The translations under genes and the position numbers were made by a program. Positions 12,898 through 30,200 of a stretch of 64,000 nt of DNA are shown in pieces. Where the stretch lies: NCBI RefSeq assembly GCF_009914755.1, contig NC_060930.1; one strand, 5' to 3'. How positions within the stretch are numbered: the first letter of the stretch is position 1; each line of letters opens with the position of its first letter. Source of the DNA: the human T2T-CHM13v2.0 reference genome, Homo sapiens. Below the pieces are notes generated by a model that ran no database searches, had not been told where the DNA came from, and was given only the letters and a program-made list of their open reading frames with translations.

Positions 12898-13858
12898 TGT
12901 AGGGGTGGGTTGCCCCTCCACACCTGTGGGTGTTTCTCATAAGGTGGAACGAGAGACTTAGGAAAGAAAAAGACACAGAGACAAAGTATAGAGAAAGAAA
13001 TAAGGGGACCCGGGGAACCAGCGTTCGGCATATGGAGGACCCCACCAGCCTCTGAGTTCCCTTAGTATTTATTGATCATTCGTGGGTGTTTCTCGAAGAG
13101 GGGAATGTGTCAGGGTCACAAGACAATTGTGGGGAGAGGGTCAGCAGACAAACACGTGAACAAAGGTCTTTGCATCATAGACAAGGTAAAGGATTAAGTG
13201 CTGTGCTTTTAGATATGCATACACATAAACATCTCAATGCTTTACAAAGCAGTATTGCTGCCCGCAGGTCCCACCTCCAGCCCTAAGGTGGTTTTTCCCT
13301 ATCTCAGTAGATGGAACATACAATCGAGTTTTATACCGAGACATTCCATTGCCCAGGGACGGGCAGGAGACAGATGCCTTCCTCTTGTCTCAACTGCAAG
13401 AGGCATGCCTTCCTCTTATACTAATCCTCCTCAGCACAGACCCTTTACGGGTGTCGGGCTGGGGGACGGTCAGGTCTTTCCCTTCCCACGAGGCCATATT
13501 TCAGACTATCACATGGGGAGAAACCTTGGACAATACCTGGCTTTCCTAGGCAGAGGTCCCTGTGGCCTTCCGCAGTTTTTGTGTCCCTGGGTACTTGAGA
13601 TTAGGGAGTGGTGATGACTCTCAAGGAGCATGCTGCCTTCAAGCATCTGTTTAACAAAGCACATCTTGCACTGCCCTTAATCCATTTAACCCTGAGTTTG
13701 ACATAGCACATGTTTCAGAGAGCACGGGGTTGGGGGTAAGGTCACAGAATCTCAAGGCAGAAGAATTTTTCTTAGTACATAACAAAATGGAGTCTCCCAT
13801 GTCTACTTCTTTCTACACAGACACAGTGACAATCTGATCTCTCTTGCTTTTCCTCACA
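12898..13858 (-). mobile_element. HERV-K(HML-2) solo LTR, LTR5_Hs-type
   Basis: Minus strand TGTGAGGAAAAGCAAGAGAGATCAGATTG...CAACCCACCCCTACA, 961 bp; 6-bp TSD CCAGTG at 12892-12897 and 13859-13864; AATAAA at 13068-13073 (minus). Confidence 0.97.
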
Positions 13859-13909
13859 CCAGTGATATCAGGTTGTTGATCACTCTGTCCTTCTTGAGAC
13901 ACTTTTTGC

Positions 13910-14420
13910 ATATGTGCTCCATCAATTTCTGAGAGAAGAGTATTAAAATCTTTCTTTGATTATAAAATAGTCTATTTCTATTTTTTGTTCTGTCAGTTTT
14001 GCTTCGTGTTTTGAGGACTCTTTTATTAGGCACATGCACCTTTATAAATTATTCTAATTTCCTGATAAAGTGTCATTTACCATTATGCAAACTCCCTCTT
14101 TGTATCTGGTGATCCTCATTGTGTAGAAGTTTGTTTCATCTGATATTAATAGTTATTCCAATGATCTTCCTCTTACCATCTGCATGGCTCATCTTTTTGC
14201 ATCCATTTATTATCAACCTATCTGTATATTCTTATTAAGGTTTATCTCTTGTTGGCAGCATATAGTTTGGTCTTGCTTTTTTACCCATCCTGATAATTTC
14301 TGCCCTTTGATTGGAGTGTGTATACCATTAATATTTAATTTAATTACTGATCAAGTTCAATTTACCTCTACCATTTTATCATTTGCTTCTGTTTTTCCTC
14401 CATGTTTGTTTTTGATTCTA
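13910..14420 (-). mobile_element. Ancient L1M fragment
   Basis: Degenerate antisense L1 endonuclease-region-like sequence. Confidence 0.5.
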
Positions 14421-14523
14421 TATCTATCTTTTTTGATCTATGTATTAATACATATATGTATGTGTGTGTATATATATGTATATATACTTAGAGACAGATG
14501 TTAAAAAGACTCAATTTTTATAG

Positions 14524-17500
14524 TTTTTTAAAATTATACTTTAAGTTCTGGGCTACATGTGCAGAACGTGCAGATTTGTTACATAGGTATACACATGCCA
14601 TGGTGGTTTGCTGCACCCATAACCTGTCATCTACATTAGGTATTTATCCTAATGCTACCCCTCCCCTAGCACCTCACCCCCATGACAGGCTCCGGTGTGT
14701 GATGTTCCCCTCCCTGTGTCCATGTGTTCTCATTGTCCAACTCCCACTTATGAGTGAGAACATGCAGTGTTTGGTTTTCTGTTCCTGTGTTAGTTTGCTG
14801 AGAATGATAGTTTTCACCTTCATCCATGTCCCTGCAAAGGACAAGAACTCATCCTTTGTTATGGGCTGCATAGTATCCCATGGTGTGTATATGCCACATT
14901 TTCTTAGTCCAGTCTATCATTTATGGGCACTTGGGTTGATTCCCTGTCTTTGCTATTGTGAATAGTGCTGCAATAAACATAAGTGTGCATGTGTCTTTAT
15001 AGTAGAATGATTTATAATCCTTTGGGTATATACCCAGTAATGGGACTGCTGGGTCAAACAGTATTTCTGGTTTTAGATCCCTGAGGAATTGCCACACTGT
15101 ATTCCACAATGATTGAACTAATTTACACTCCCACCAACAGGGAAAAGTGTTCCTATTTCTCCACATCCTCTCCAGCATCTGTTGTTCCCTGACTTTTTAA
15201 TGATCGCCATTCTAACTGGCATAAGATAATATCTCATTATGGTTTTGATTTGCATTTCTCTAATGACCAGTGATGATGAGCTTTTGTTCATATGTTTGTT
15301 GGCCACATAAATGTCTTCTTTTGAGAATTGTCTGTTCATATCCTTTGCCCACTCTTTGATGGGGTTGTTTTTTTTCTTAGATTCTGGATATTAGCTCTTT
15401 GTCAGATGGATAGATTGCAAAAATTTTCTCCCATCCTGTAGGTTGTCTGTTCACTCGGATGATAGTTTATTTTGCTGTGCAGAAGCTCTTTAGTTTAATT
15501 AGATTACATTTGTCAATTTTAGCTTTTGTTGCCATTGCTTTTTGTGTTTTAGTCATGAAGTCTTTGCCCATGCCTATGTCCTGAATGGTATTGCCTCAGT
15601 TTTCTTCTAGGTTTTTCTTTTAGGTCTTACATTTAAGTCTTTAATCCATCTTGAGTTAATTTTTGTATAAGGCATAAGAAAGGGGTCCAGTTTCAGTTTT
15701 CTGCATATGGCTAGCCAGTTTTCCCAACACCACTTATTACATAGGGAGTCGTTTCCCCATTGCTTGTTTTTATCAGGTTTATCAAAGATCAGATGGTTGT
15801 AGACAACTGGCGTTATTTCTGAGGCCTCTGTTCTGTTCCATTGGTCTATATATCTGTTTTGGTACCAGTACCATGCTGTTTTGGTTACTGTAGACTTGTA
15901 GTATAGTTTGAAGTCAGGTAGCATAATGCCTTCAGCTTTGTTCTTTTTGCATAGGATTGTCTTGGCTGTATAGGCTCTTTTTTGGTTCCATATGAAATTT
16001 AAAGTCGTTTTTTCTAATTCTGTGAAGAAAGTAAATGGTAGCTTGACAGGGATAGCATTAAATCCATAAATTACTTTGGGAAGTATGGCCATTTTCACGA
16101 TATTGATTCTTCCTGTCCATGAGCATGGAATGTTTTTCCATTTGTTTGTGTCCTCTCTTATTTCCTTGAGCAGTGGTTTGTAGTTCTCCTTGAAGAGGTC
16201 CTTCGCATCCCTTGTAAGTTGTATTCCTAGATATTTTATTCTCTTTGTAGCAGTCGTGAATAGGAGTTCACTCATGATCTGGCTCTCTATTTGTCTATTA
16301 TTGGTGTACAGGAATGCTTGTGATTTTGCATGTTGATTTTGTATCCTGAGACTTTACTGAAGTTGCTTATCAGCTTAAGGAGATTTGGGGCTGAGACGAT
16401 GGTGTTTTCTATAGACAATCATGTCATCTGCAAACAGAGACAATTTGACTTCCTGTCTTCCTATTTGAGTGTGCTTTATTTCTGTCTCTTGCCTAATTGC
16501 CCTGGCCAGAACTTCCAATACTATGTTGAATAAGAGTGGTGAGAGAGGGCATCCTTGTCTTGTGCCAGTTTTCAAAGGGAAAGTTTCCAGCTTTTGTGCC
16601 TTCAGTATGATATTGGCTGTGGGTTTGTCATAAATAGCTCTTATTATTTTGAGATGTGTTCCATCAATACCTAGTTTATTAAGAGTTTTTAGCATGAAGG
16701 GATGTTGAATTTTATTGAAGCCCTTTTCTACATCTATTGAGATAATCATATGGTTTTTGTCGTTGGTTCAGTTTATATGATGGATTATGTTTATTGATTT
16801 GCGTATGTTGAACCAGCCTTGCATCCCAGGGATGAAGCCAACTTGATCATGGTGGATAAGCTTTTTGATGTGCTGCTGGATTTGGTTTGCCAGTATTTTA
16901 TCAGGGATTTTTACGTCAATGTTCATCAGGGATATTGGCCTGAAATTTTCTTTTTTTGTTGTGTCTTTGCCAGGTTTTTGGTATCAGGATGATGCTGGCC
17001 TCATAAAATGCGTTAGCTATGGTTCCCTCTTTTTCTATTTTTTGGAATAGTTTTGGAAGGAATGGTACCAGCTCCTCTTTGTACCTCTGGTAGAATTCAG
17101 CTGTGAATCCATCTGGTCCTGGGCTTTTTTGGGTTGGTAGGCTATTAATTACTGCCTCAATTTCAGAACTTGTTATTCATCTATTCAGGGATTCGACTTC
17201 TTCCTGGTTTAGTCTTGGGAGGGTGTATGTATCCAGGAATTTATCCATTTCTTCTAGATTTTCCAGTTTATTTGCATAGAGGTGTTTATAGTATTCTCTG
17301 ATGGTAGTTTGTATTTCTGTGGGATCAGTGGTGATCTCCCCTTTATCATTTTTTATTGTGTCAATTTGAGTCTTCTCTCCCTTCTTCCTTATTAGTCTGG
17401 CTAGCGTTCTATCTATTTTGTTAATCTTTTCAAAAAACCAGCTCCTCGATTCATTGATTTTTTTGAAGGGTTTTTCATGTCTCTATCTCCTTCAGTTCTG

Positions 17501-20500
17501 CTCTGATCTTAGTTATTTCTTGTCTTCTGCTAGCTTTTGAATTTGTTTGCTCTAACTTCTATAGTTGTTTTAATTGTGATGTTAGGGTGTCGATTTTATA
17601 TCTTTCTCACTTTCCCTTGTGGGCATTTAGTGCTATAAATTTCCCTCTAAACACTGCTTTAACTGTGTCCCACAGATTCTGGTACATTGTGTCTTTGTTT
17701 CAAAGATCTTCTTTATTTCTGCCCTTATTTCGTTATTTACCCAGTAGTCATTCATGAGCAAGTTGTTTAGTTTCCATGTAGTTGTGTGGTTTTGAGTGAG
17801 TTTCTTAATCCTGAGTTCTAATTTGATTGCACTGTGGTCTGAGGCAATGTTTGTTATGATTTCCATTATTTTGCATTTGCTGAGGAGTGTTTTACTTCCA
17901 ATTATGTGGTCAATTTTAGAATAAGTGAAATGTGGTGCTCAGAAGAATGTATATCTGTTGATTTGGGGTGGAGAGTTATGTAGATGTCTATTAGGTCCAC
18001 TTGGTCCAGAGCTGAGTTCACTTCCTAAATATCTTTGTTAATTTTCTGTCTTGTTGATCTGTCTAATATTGACAGTAGGGTGTTAAAGTCTCCCAGTATT
18101 ATTGTGTGGGAATCTAAGTCTCTTTGTAGGTCTCTAAGAACTTGCTTTATGAATCTGGGTGCTCATGTATTGGATGCATATATATTTATTATAGTTAGCT
18201 CTTCATGTTGCATTGATCCCTTTACCAATATATAATGCCCTTCTTTGTCTTTTTTGATCTTTGTTGGTTTAAAGTCTGTTTTATCAGAGACTAGGATTAC
18301 AACCCCTGCTTTTTTTGCTTTCCATTTGCTTGGTAAATATTCCTCCACACCTTCATTTTGAGCCTATGTGTGTCTTTGCCCATGAGATGGGTCTCCTGAA
18401 TCCAGCACACTGATGGGTCTTGACTCTTTATCCAATTTGCCAGTCTGTGTCTTTTAATTGGGGCATTCAGCCCATTTACATTTAAGGTTAATATTGTTAT
18501 GTGTGAATTTGATCCTGTCATTATGATGCTAGCTGGTTATTTTGCCCATTAGTTGATGCAGTTTCTTCATAGTGTTGATGGTCTTTACAATTTGGTATAT
18601 TTTTGCAGTGCCTGGTACTGTTTTTTCCTTTCCATATTTAGTGCTTTCTTCAGGAGCTCTTGTAAGGCAGGCCTGGTGGGGACAAAATCTCTCAGGAATT
18701 GCTTGTATATAAAGGATTTCATTTCTCCTTCACTTATGAAGCTTAGTTTGGCTGGATATGAAATTCTGGGTTGAAAATTCTTTTCTTTAAGAATGTTGAA
18801 TATTGGCCCCCACTCTCTTCTGGATTGTAGGGTTTCTGCAGAGAGATCTGCTGTTAGTCTGATGGGCTTCCCTTTGTGGGTAACCTGATCTTTCTCTCTG
18901 GCTGCCCTTAACATTTTTCTCCTTCATTTCAACCTTGGTGAATCAGACGATTATGTGTCTTGGGGTTGCTCTTCTCAAGGAGTATCTTTGTGGTGTTCTC
19001 TGTATTTCCTGAACTTGAATGTGGGCCTGTCTTGCTAGGCTGGGGAAGTTCTCCTAGATAATATCCTGAAGAGTGTTTTCCAACTTGGTTCCATTCTCCC
19101 CATCACTTTCTGGTATACCAATCAAACGTAGGTTTGGTCTTTTCACATAGTCCCATATTTCTTAGAGGCTTTGTTCATTCCTTTTTATTCTTTTTTCTCT
19201 AATCTTGTCTTCACACCTTATTTCATTAAGTTGATCTTCAATCTCTGATATCCTTTCTTTTGCTAGATCAATTCAGCTATTGATACTTGTGTATGCTTCA
19301 TGAAGTTCTTGGGCTGTGTTTTTCAGCTCCATCAGGTCATTTATGTTCTTCTCTAAACTGGTTATTCTAGTTAGCAATTCCTCTTTTTTCAAGGTTTTTG
19401 GCTTCCTTTCATTGGGTTAGAACATGCTCCTTTAGCTCAGAGGAGTTTTTTATTACCCACCTTCTGAAGCCTACTTCTATCAGTTTGTCAAACTCATTCT
19501 CTGTCCAGTTTTGTTCCTTTGCCGACAAGGAGGTGTGATCCTTTGGAGGAGAAGAGGTGTCCTGGTTTTTGGAATTTTCAGCCTTTTTGCACTGGCTTTT
19601 CCTCATCTTTGTGTATTTATCTACCTTTGGTCTTTGATGTTGGTTACCTTCAGATGGGGTTTTTGTGTGGACGCCCTTTTTGTTGATGTCAATGCAATTC
19701 TTTTCTGTTTATTAGTTTTCCTTCTCACAGTCAGGCCCCTCTACTGCAGGTCTGCTGGAGTTTGATGGAGGTCCACTCCAGACCCTGTTTTTTGCCTGGG
19801 TATCACCAGCGGAGGTTGCAGAAGAGCAAAGATTGCTGCCTGTTCCTTCCTCTGGAAGCTTTGTCCCAGCAGGACACCCACCAAATGCCAGCTGGAGCTC
19901 TCCTGTATGAGGTGTCTGTTGAGCCCTGCTGGGAGGTGTCTCCCAGTCAGGAGGCACAGGGGTCAGGGACTCACCTAAGGAGGCAGCCTGTCCCTTAGCA
20001 GAGCTCGAGCGCTGTGCTTAGAGATCCGCTGCTGTCTTCAGAGCTGGCAGACAGGAATGGTTAAGTCTGCTGAAGCTGTGCCCAGAGCTGCCCCTTCCTC
20101 CAGGTGCTCTGTCCCAGATAAGCCCCTGACTGGGGCTGCTGCCTTTCTTTCAGAGATGCCCTGCCCAGAGAGGAGGAATCTAGAGAGGCAGTCTGGCTAC
20201 AGCGGCTTTCCTGAGCTGCAGTGGGCTCTGCCCAACTCAAACTTCTTAGCAGCGTTGTTTACACCATGAGGGAAAAACTGCCTCCTCAAGCCTCAGTAAT
20301 GGCAGACGCCGCTCCCCCCAAGAAGCTCAAGAGTCCCAGGTCAACTTCAGACAGCTGTGTTGGCAGGGAGAATTTCAAGCTAGTAGATCTTAGCTTGCTG
20401 GGCTCTGTGGGGGTGGGATCTGCTGAGCTAGACCACTTGGCTCCGTGGCTTCAGCGCCCATTCCAGGGGAGCAAATGGTTCTGTCTTGCTGGCTTTCCAG

Positions 20501-20930
20501 GAGCCACTGGGGTATGAAAAAAAATTCTTGCAGCTAGCTCAGTGTCTCCCCAAACAGCCGCTCAGTTTTGTGCTTGAAACCCAGGACGTTGGTGGTGTAG
20601 ACACATGAGGGAGTCTCCTAGTCTGCAGATTGTGAAGACCGTGGGAAAAGCATAGTATCTGGGCTGGAATGCACCATTCCTCATGGCACAGTCCCTTACC
20701 GCTTCCCTTGGCTAAGGGAGGGAGTTCCCCGACTCCTTGCATTTCCCGGGTGAAGCGACACCCCACCCTCCTTCAGCTCACCCTCCGTGGGCTGTACCCA
20801 CTGTCTAACTAGCCCCAGTGAGATAAGCCAGGTACCTCAGTTGGAAATGCAGAAATTGCCTGCCTTCTGCATTGATGTTACTGGGAGCTGCAGACTGGAG
20901 CTCTTCCTATACAGCCATCTTGCCAGCCAC
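14524..20930 (-). mobile_element. Full-length LINE-1, L1PA7-like, inactive
   Basis: 5'UTR with YY1 site (gccatcttg, 20914-20922), fragmented ORF1 (18585-19606) and ORF2 (MTGSNSHIT start at 18521; FADD fragment), 3'UTR; TSD ctcaatttttata(g/a)ttttt at 14510-14528 and 20931-20949. Confidence 0.95.
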
Positions 20931-20951
20931 CTCAATTTTTATAATTTTTAA

Positions 20952-22775
20952 CAGAAGTGAGATCCCAGGTTTTGCGGGCTTAAATGTTGTACAACTTGGA
21001 GAACTCTCTATGAAAATTGCATGCATAAAATTATAAAGAGTTGAGAACATTTATTTAGAGTAAGAAAATAATTTATGATAAATTAAATATTTTAAATATG
21101 ATAGTTACCACAGGCATCACAAAATTCAAGAAAATAGCATTTTTAAAAATTGTTAAAGTGCACAGCACACCTTTATAATACTTTAACTTCAGTTTTTGGC
21201 TACATTTTGTTTTCTTATTTCTTCATAAATGACCATAAGGTCATGCAACTTTGTACCATGATATTGGGGGAACCCAGCCCCCAATATTTCAACATAGGTT
21301 CTTTCTATTTTCCATAAGTGTTAGTGGGCTGAGAAATAAAGACAGACCGTACAAAGAGAGGAATTTTACAGCTGGGCTGCCGGGGGTGACATCACATATC
21401 GGTAGGACCATGATGCCCACCTGAGCCTCAAACCAGCAAGTTTTTATGAAGGGTTTCAAAAGGGGAGGGGTGTAAGAACAGGGAGTAGGTACAAAGATCA
21501 CATGCTTCAAAGGGCAAAAAGCAGAACTACTAATAAGGGTCTAACGAAGATCACATGCTTCTGAGGGAACAGGACAAAGGGCAAAAGCAGAATTACTGAT
21601 AAGGATCCAACAAAGATCGTAAGGCAAAGGGCAAAAGCAGAACTACTGATAAGGGTCCAACAAAGATCACAAGGGAAAGGGCAAAAGCAGAACCACTGAT
21701 AAGGGTCTATGTTCAGCGGTGCACATATTGTCTTGATAAACATCTTAAACAACAGAAAACAGGTTTCGAGAGCAGAGAACCAGTCTGACCACAAATTTAC
21801 TAGGGCTGAGTTTTTCCCCACCCTAGTAAGCCTGAGGGTTCTGCAGGAGACCAGGGCATATCTCAGTCCTTATCTCAACTGCACAAGACAGATATTTCCC
21901 AGAGCAGCCATTTATAGACCTCCCCACAGGAATGCATTCCTTTCCCAGGGTATTAATATTAATATTCCTTGTTAGGAAAAGAATTTAGCAATATCTCTCC
22001 TGCTTGCACATCCATTTATGGGCTCTCTGCAAGGAGAAAAATATGGCTATTTTTGCCCAACCCCGCAGGCAGTCAGACCTTATGGTTGTCTTCCTCTGTT
22101 CCCTAAAAATCGCTGTTATTCTGTTCTTTTTCAAGGTGCACTGATTTCATATTGTTCAAACACACATGTTTTATAATCAATTTGTACAGGTAACACAATT
22201 ATCACAGTGGTCCTGAGGTGACCTACATCCTCAGCTTACAAAGATAACAGGATTAATAGACTGAAGTAAAGACAGGCATAAGAAATTATAAAAGTATTAT
22301 TTGGGAACTGATAAATGTCCATATTAAAATGAAATCTTCACAATTTATGTTCCTCTGCCGCGGCTCCAGCCAGTCCCTCCATTCGGGGTCCCTGATTTCC
22401 TGCAACACCAAGATGCTGGGTAAGTCAGCAGAGTGGGTTATTGGAGTAGTTTTCAAAACCATTTCACTATCAGAACACAGAAGTGACTATGACCATATAC
22501 ACGTACTCCACTAACTCTGAACCAAATGCACCCATGGCTCTACTTCCCCTTAGACAGACTCAAAAGATGCTGTAGCAATTCTGACATCATTTGCCACTGT
22601 GGGAAATTTGACTGCTGGGAAGTTGGACTGAGAGAGACAATCGTTTTTGCTGATTGCAGTTAAAAATCTTTTGAAAATTTCACAAAAACCTATGCATCAT
22701 GCTGCTGGAGGCCCAGCAGTTCTGGGGAAGGTCCTCAAGTTTCAGCATTGTTAGTTTTATGGTTAATCTACTCTG
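20952..22775 (+). mobile_element. MER69B-like hAT-Tip100 DNA transposon, interrupted by MER11
   Basis: Termini cagaagtgagatcccaggttttg... and ...ggttaatctactctg resemble the recalled MER69 ends. Confidence 0.55.
21262..22407 (-). mobile_element. MER11 solo LTR (HERV-K11/HML-8)
   Basis: Minus strand TGTTGCAGGAAATCAGGGACCCCGAATGGAGGGACTGGCTGGAGCCGCGGC...CCCCCAATA; internal ~50-bp repeats (gggcaaaagcagaa) at 21490-21710; TSD ccatga/ccaaga. Confidence 0.92.
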
Positions 22776-22969
22776 ATAATCAATGACAAGAATAGAGAAC
22801 TAACATTTCTTATGTGTCATGCTTCTTTTCCAACCCCCAGTCATCAGGATTTCTCCCAGGCTTGGGCATCCTGGAGGGTCTCCTTGGCTTCACATTTGCA
22901 GCAACATCAGATGCCAGAAAACGTGGGGGTAACATTTCCAGATGTAAAGAAGTGTTTTCATAAAAGTCC

Positions 22970-23125
22970 TCCCTTCATTTATTCACTCATTCATGCAACA
23001 GATATTTAATGAGCTCTTGTTATTCCTCAGGCTCCACTTGAGTTGTGAGAGAGACAACTGTGAATAAAATAGATGGAATTATTTCCCTGATAGAGTTTAA
23101 GATGTTATGGGGTGAGGCAGACAAG
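22970..23125 (-). mobile_element. L2 3' end
   Basis: ttcatttattcactcattcatgcaacagatatttaatgagc... is a typical antisense L2 tail. Confidence 0.65.
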
Positions 23126-23389
23126 AGATGATTATTCAAATCTAAGTAATAGAAAGACATTCCTTATTATGCAGATGAGATTAATTTAACTCAGAAAGCC
23201 TTCTTTAAAATTTACCTCAAGCGATATGAAAGACAACTAAGATATCTACATGGCAACCCATGAAATAATTTGGAGGTACTATAGGAGAGTGTTAGAGAGC
23301 ATGTGGTTTGGAGTGAAGCACCTCGGATTTCAATCCTGACTAATGCTGACTCTTAGATTTTAATCCTGATTTGCCATATCTCTACTACT

Positions 23390-24160
23390 TATACAGAAGT
23401 AAAATATAAAAATAGTCATATGCAGAACAGTGAGTAAACGGAATTAAAATATTTTAAGGTTATTACACATTACAAAAAGTATTACAATACTAACTTTAAT
23501 TAGAATGGGATCAACTAAAGATCTACTTTGCAATCTGTAGGGTGACTGCTAAAATAATTAAATGCAATCAGGTAGATCCAAAAATCTCATGGGGAAACCA
23601 AACTGTATACCTAGAATATACAGTTAACTAAAAGACGGCAGAAAAAATGATCATATTAAAAGTAGCTGGGACACATAAAACATAAATAATATGATGGTAG
23701 ACTCAAATTCAACCACATCAGCAGTTAAATATAAATATAATAAGCACTGCAATAAAAGACAGAGATTTTCAGACTTTTTAAAATCACAAGCCAACAAAAG
23801 ATAAACGGTAGGAAAAGATGTGGCATACCCGGTAATATCAGACAAGCAGGATATTAAGCGGTGCTGCTCCAAGACAATAAAGATTATCAGGAATAAGAAG
23901 CAGAACTCCAAAATAACAAAATGATCAATTTATTAGGAAGATACAGAGCTTCAAAATGCATGAAGCAAAATAATGATTGAATTAAAGGGAGAATTAGACA
24001 ATTTCACAAGAATAATTTAAGCTCTTAATAATAAAGCAAATAGAAAAAAAATAGTGAGAATATGAACAATTTGAACAGCAGTATAAATACATTTTACTTA
24101 ATTAACATTATAGAAGACATCACTCAACAAATATGAAACACACATTCTTTTCAAGTATTT
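23390..24160 (+). mobile_element. Ancient L1M fragment, continuing at about 29114-29320 after the L1PA4 insertion
   Basis: Degenerate L1 endonuclease-region sequence; ...acattcttttcaagtat joins ...catatgctgggccataaa...tctcaataaa across the young L1. Confidence 0.6.
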
Positions 24161-24163
24161 GTG

Positions 24164-29113
<4,950 letters not shown>

Positions 29114-29810
29114 GTATACATGAAATATTTGCCAAGATATCCCATATGCTGGGCCATAAAATATGTCTCAATAAACTTAAAAATATGTCTCAATAAATTT
29201 TGTACTACCCAGTATGATCTCTGACCACGATGGAATTTATCTAGTAATCATAAATAGTAAATTATCCAAAAATGCCCTTGTATATTTCACAATAATTTAT
29301 AAATAATCCATGACTCAAAAGGCTAACTGTGGTTTGAAGGTCTTAGGGTGTTGTCACCCTTAGTTACTTAGCTCTTATTTTGCTCCTTTTTCAGGTAACT
29401 ATCAAACTAACTTTTTCTTACTTGTCAGCATTTGCCTTTGATTTTAACAGTCCCCCAGTGTAACTTCCCTAGACTTTACGAATCTCTCCATCTCATGAAG
29501 AGATTTCCCTTCCCTGCTATTTATGTCTTATTCGAATTGGATCAGTAAGTGGGGCAAAGGTAATGTTCAATGAAAAAGAACATTTAGGAGAGGCCTTGAT
29601 TTTCCAAGTGATGAGTTTATTATTGAATGTTTTTGAGTTATTACTTTATTTGCTTCATTATGCAACCTTGTAACTTTGGAGATTTTTTATAAACACTCAG
29701 ATAAATTCTAAGGACAATTGTGTCTATATTACACAACATGAATTGGAGGAAACCAGTTATAAAAGTTTAAGAGAACAGCTAACACAGATGTATCCCCCAT
29801 ACTGCAATTT

Positions 29811-29831
29811 TGTGTGTGTGTGTGTGTGTGT
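29811..29831. repeat. (TG)10 microsatellite
   Basis: Directly visible. Confidence 0.9.
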
Positions 29832-30084
29832 AATATATAATGGATGGAATATATAAAAAGAAAACAGTAGTTGGTTTTATCAAATATATTTTATAATTCT
29901 ACATCTTTAGCTTGCGTCTTACTTTCTTATTTCTATCATAAATTTCCTGAGTCTTTTTATATAGCATTCTCAATCTGATTGACTGTTATGATGATTCCTG
30001 CTAATTTATTCTTGATGCAAAAACAACAGCAGTGCCATGTGCTGATGGTACCACGCTGAGCTCATGTGTGAGTGTACCTGTGGG

Positions 30085-30200
30085 CTTCACAACTGCCTTA
30101 GGAGTGTATTCCTATTACGTTTATTTTACAGATGAGGAGAGTGAGGCTAAGAAAGGTTAATGAGCTTGAAGCCTGCCCAATTCATAAGAGGCAAGCAAAA
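30085..30200 (-). mobile_element. MIR fragment
   Basis: attttacagatgaggagagtgaggctaagaaaggttaa is the MIR core. Confidence 0.7.

Noticed and set aside
14524-20930. Retrotransposition-competent L1
   Set aside because: Both ORFs carry multiple stops, frameshifts and small deletions
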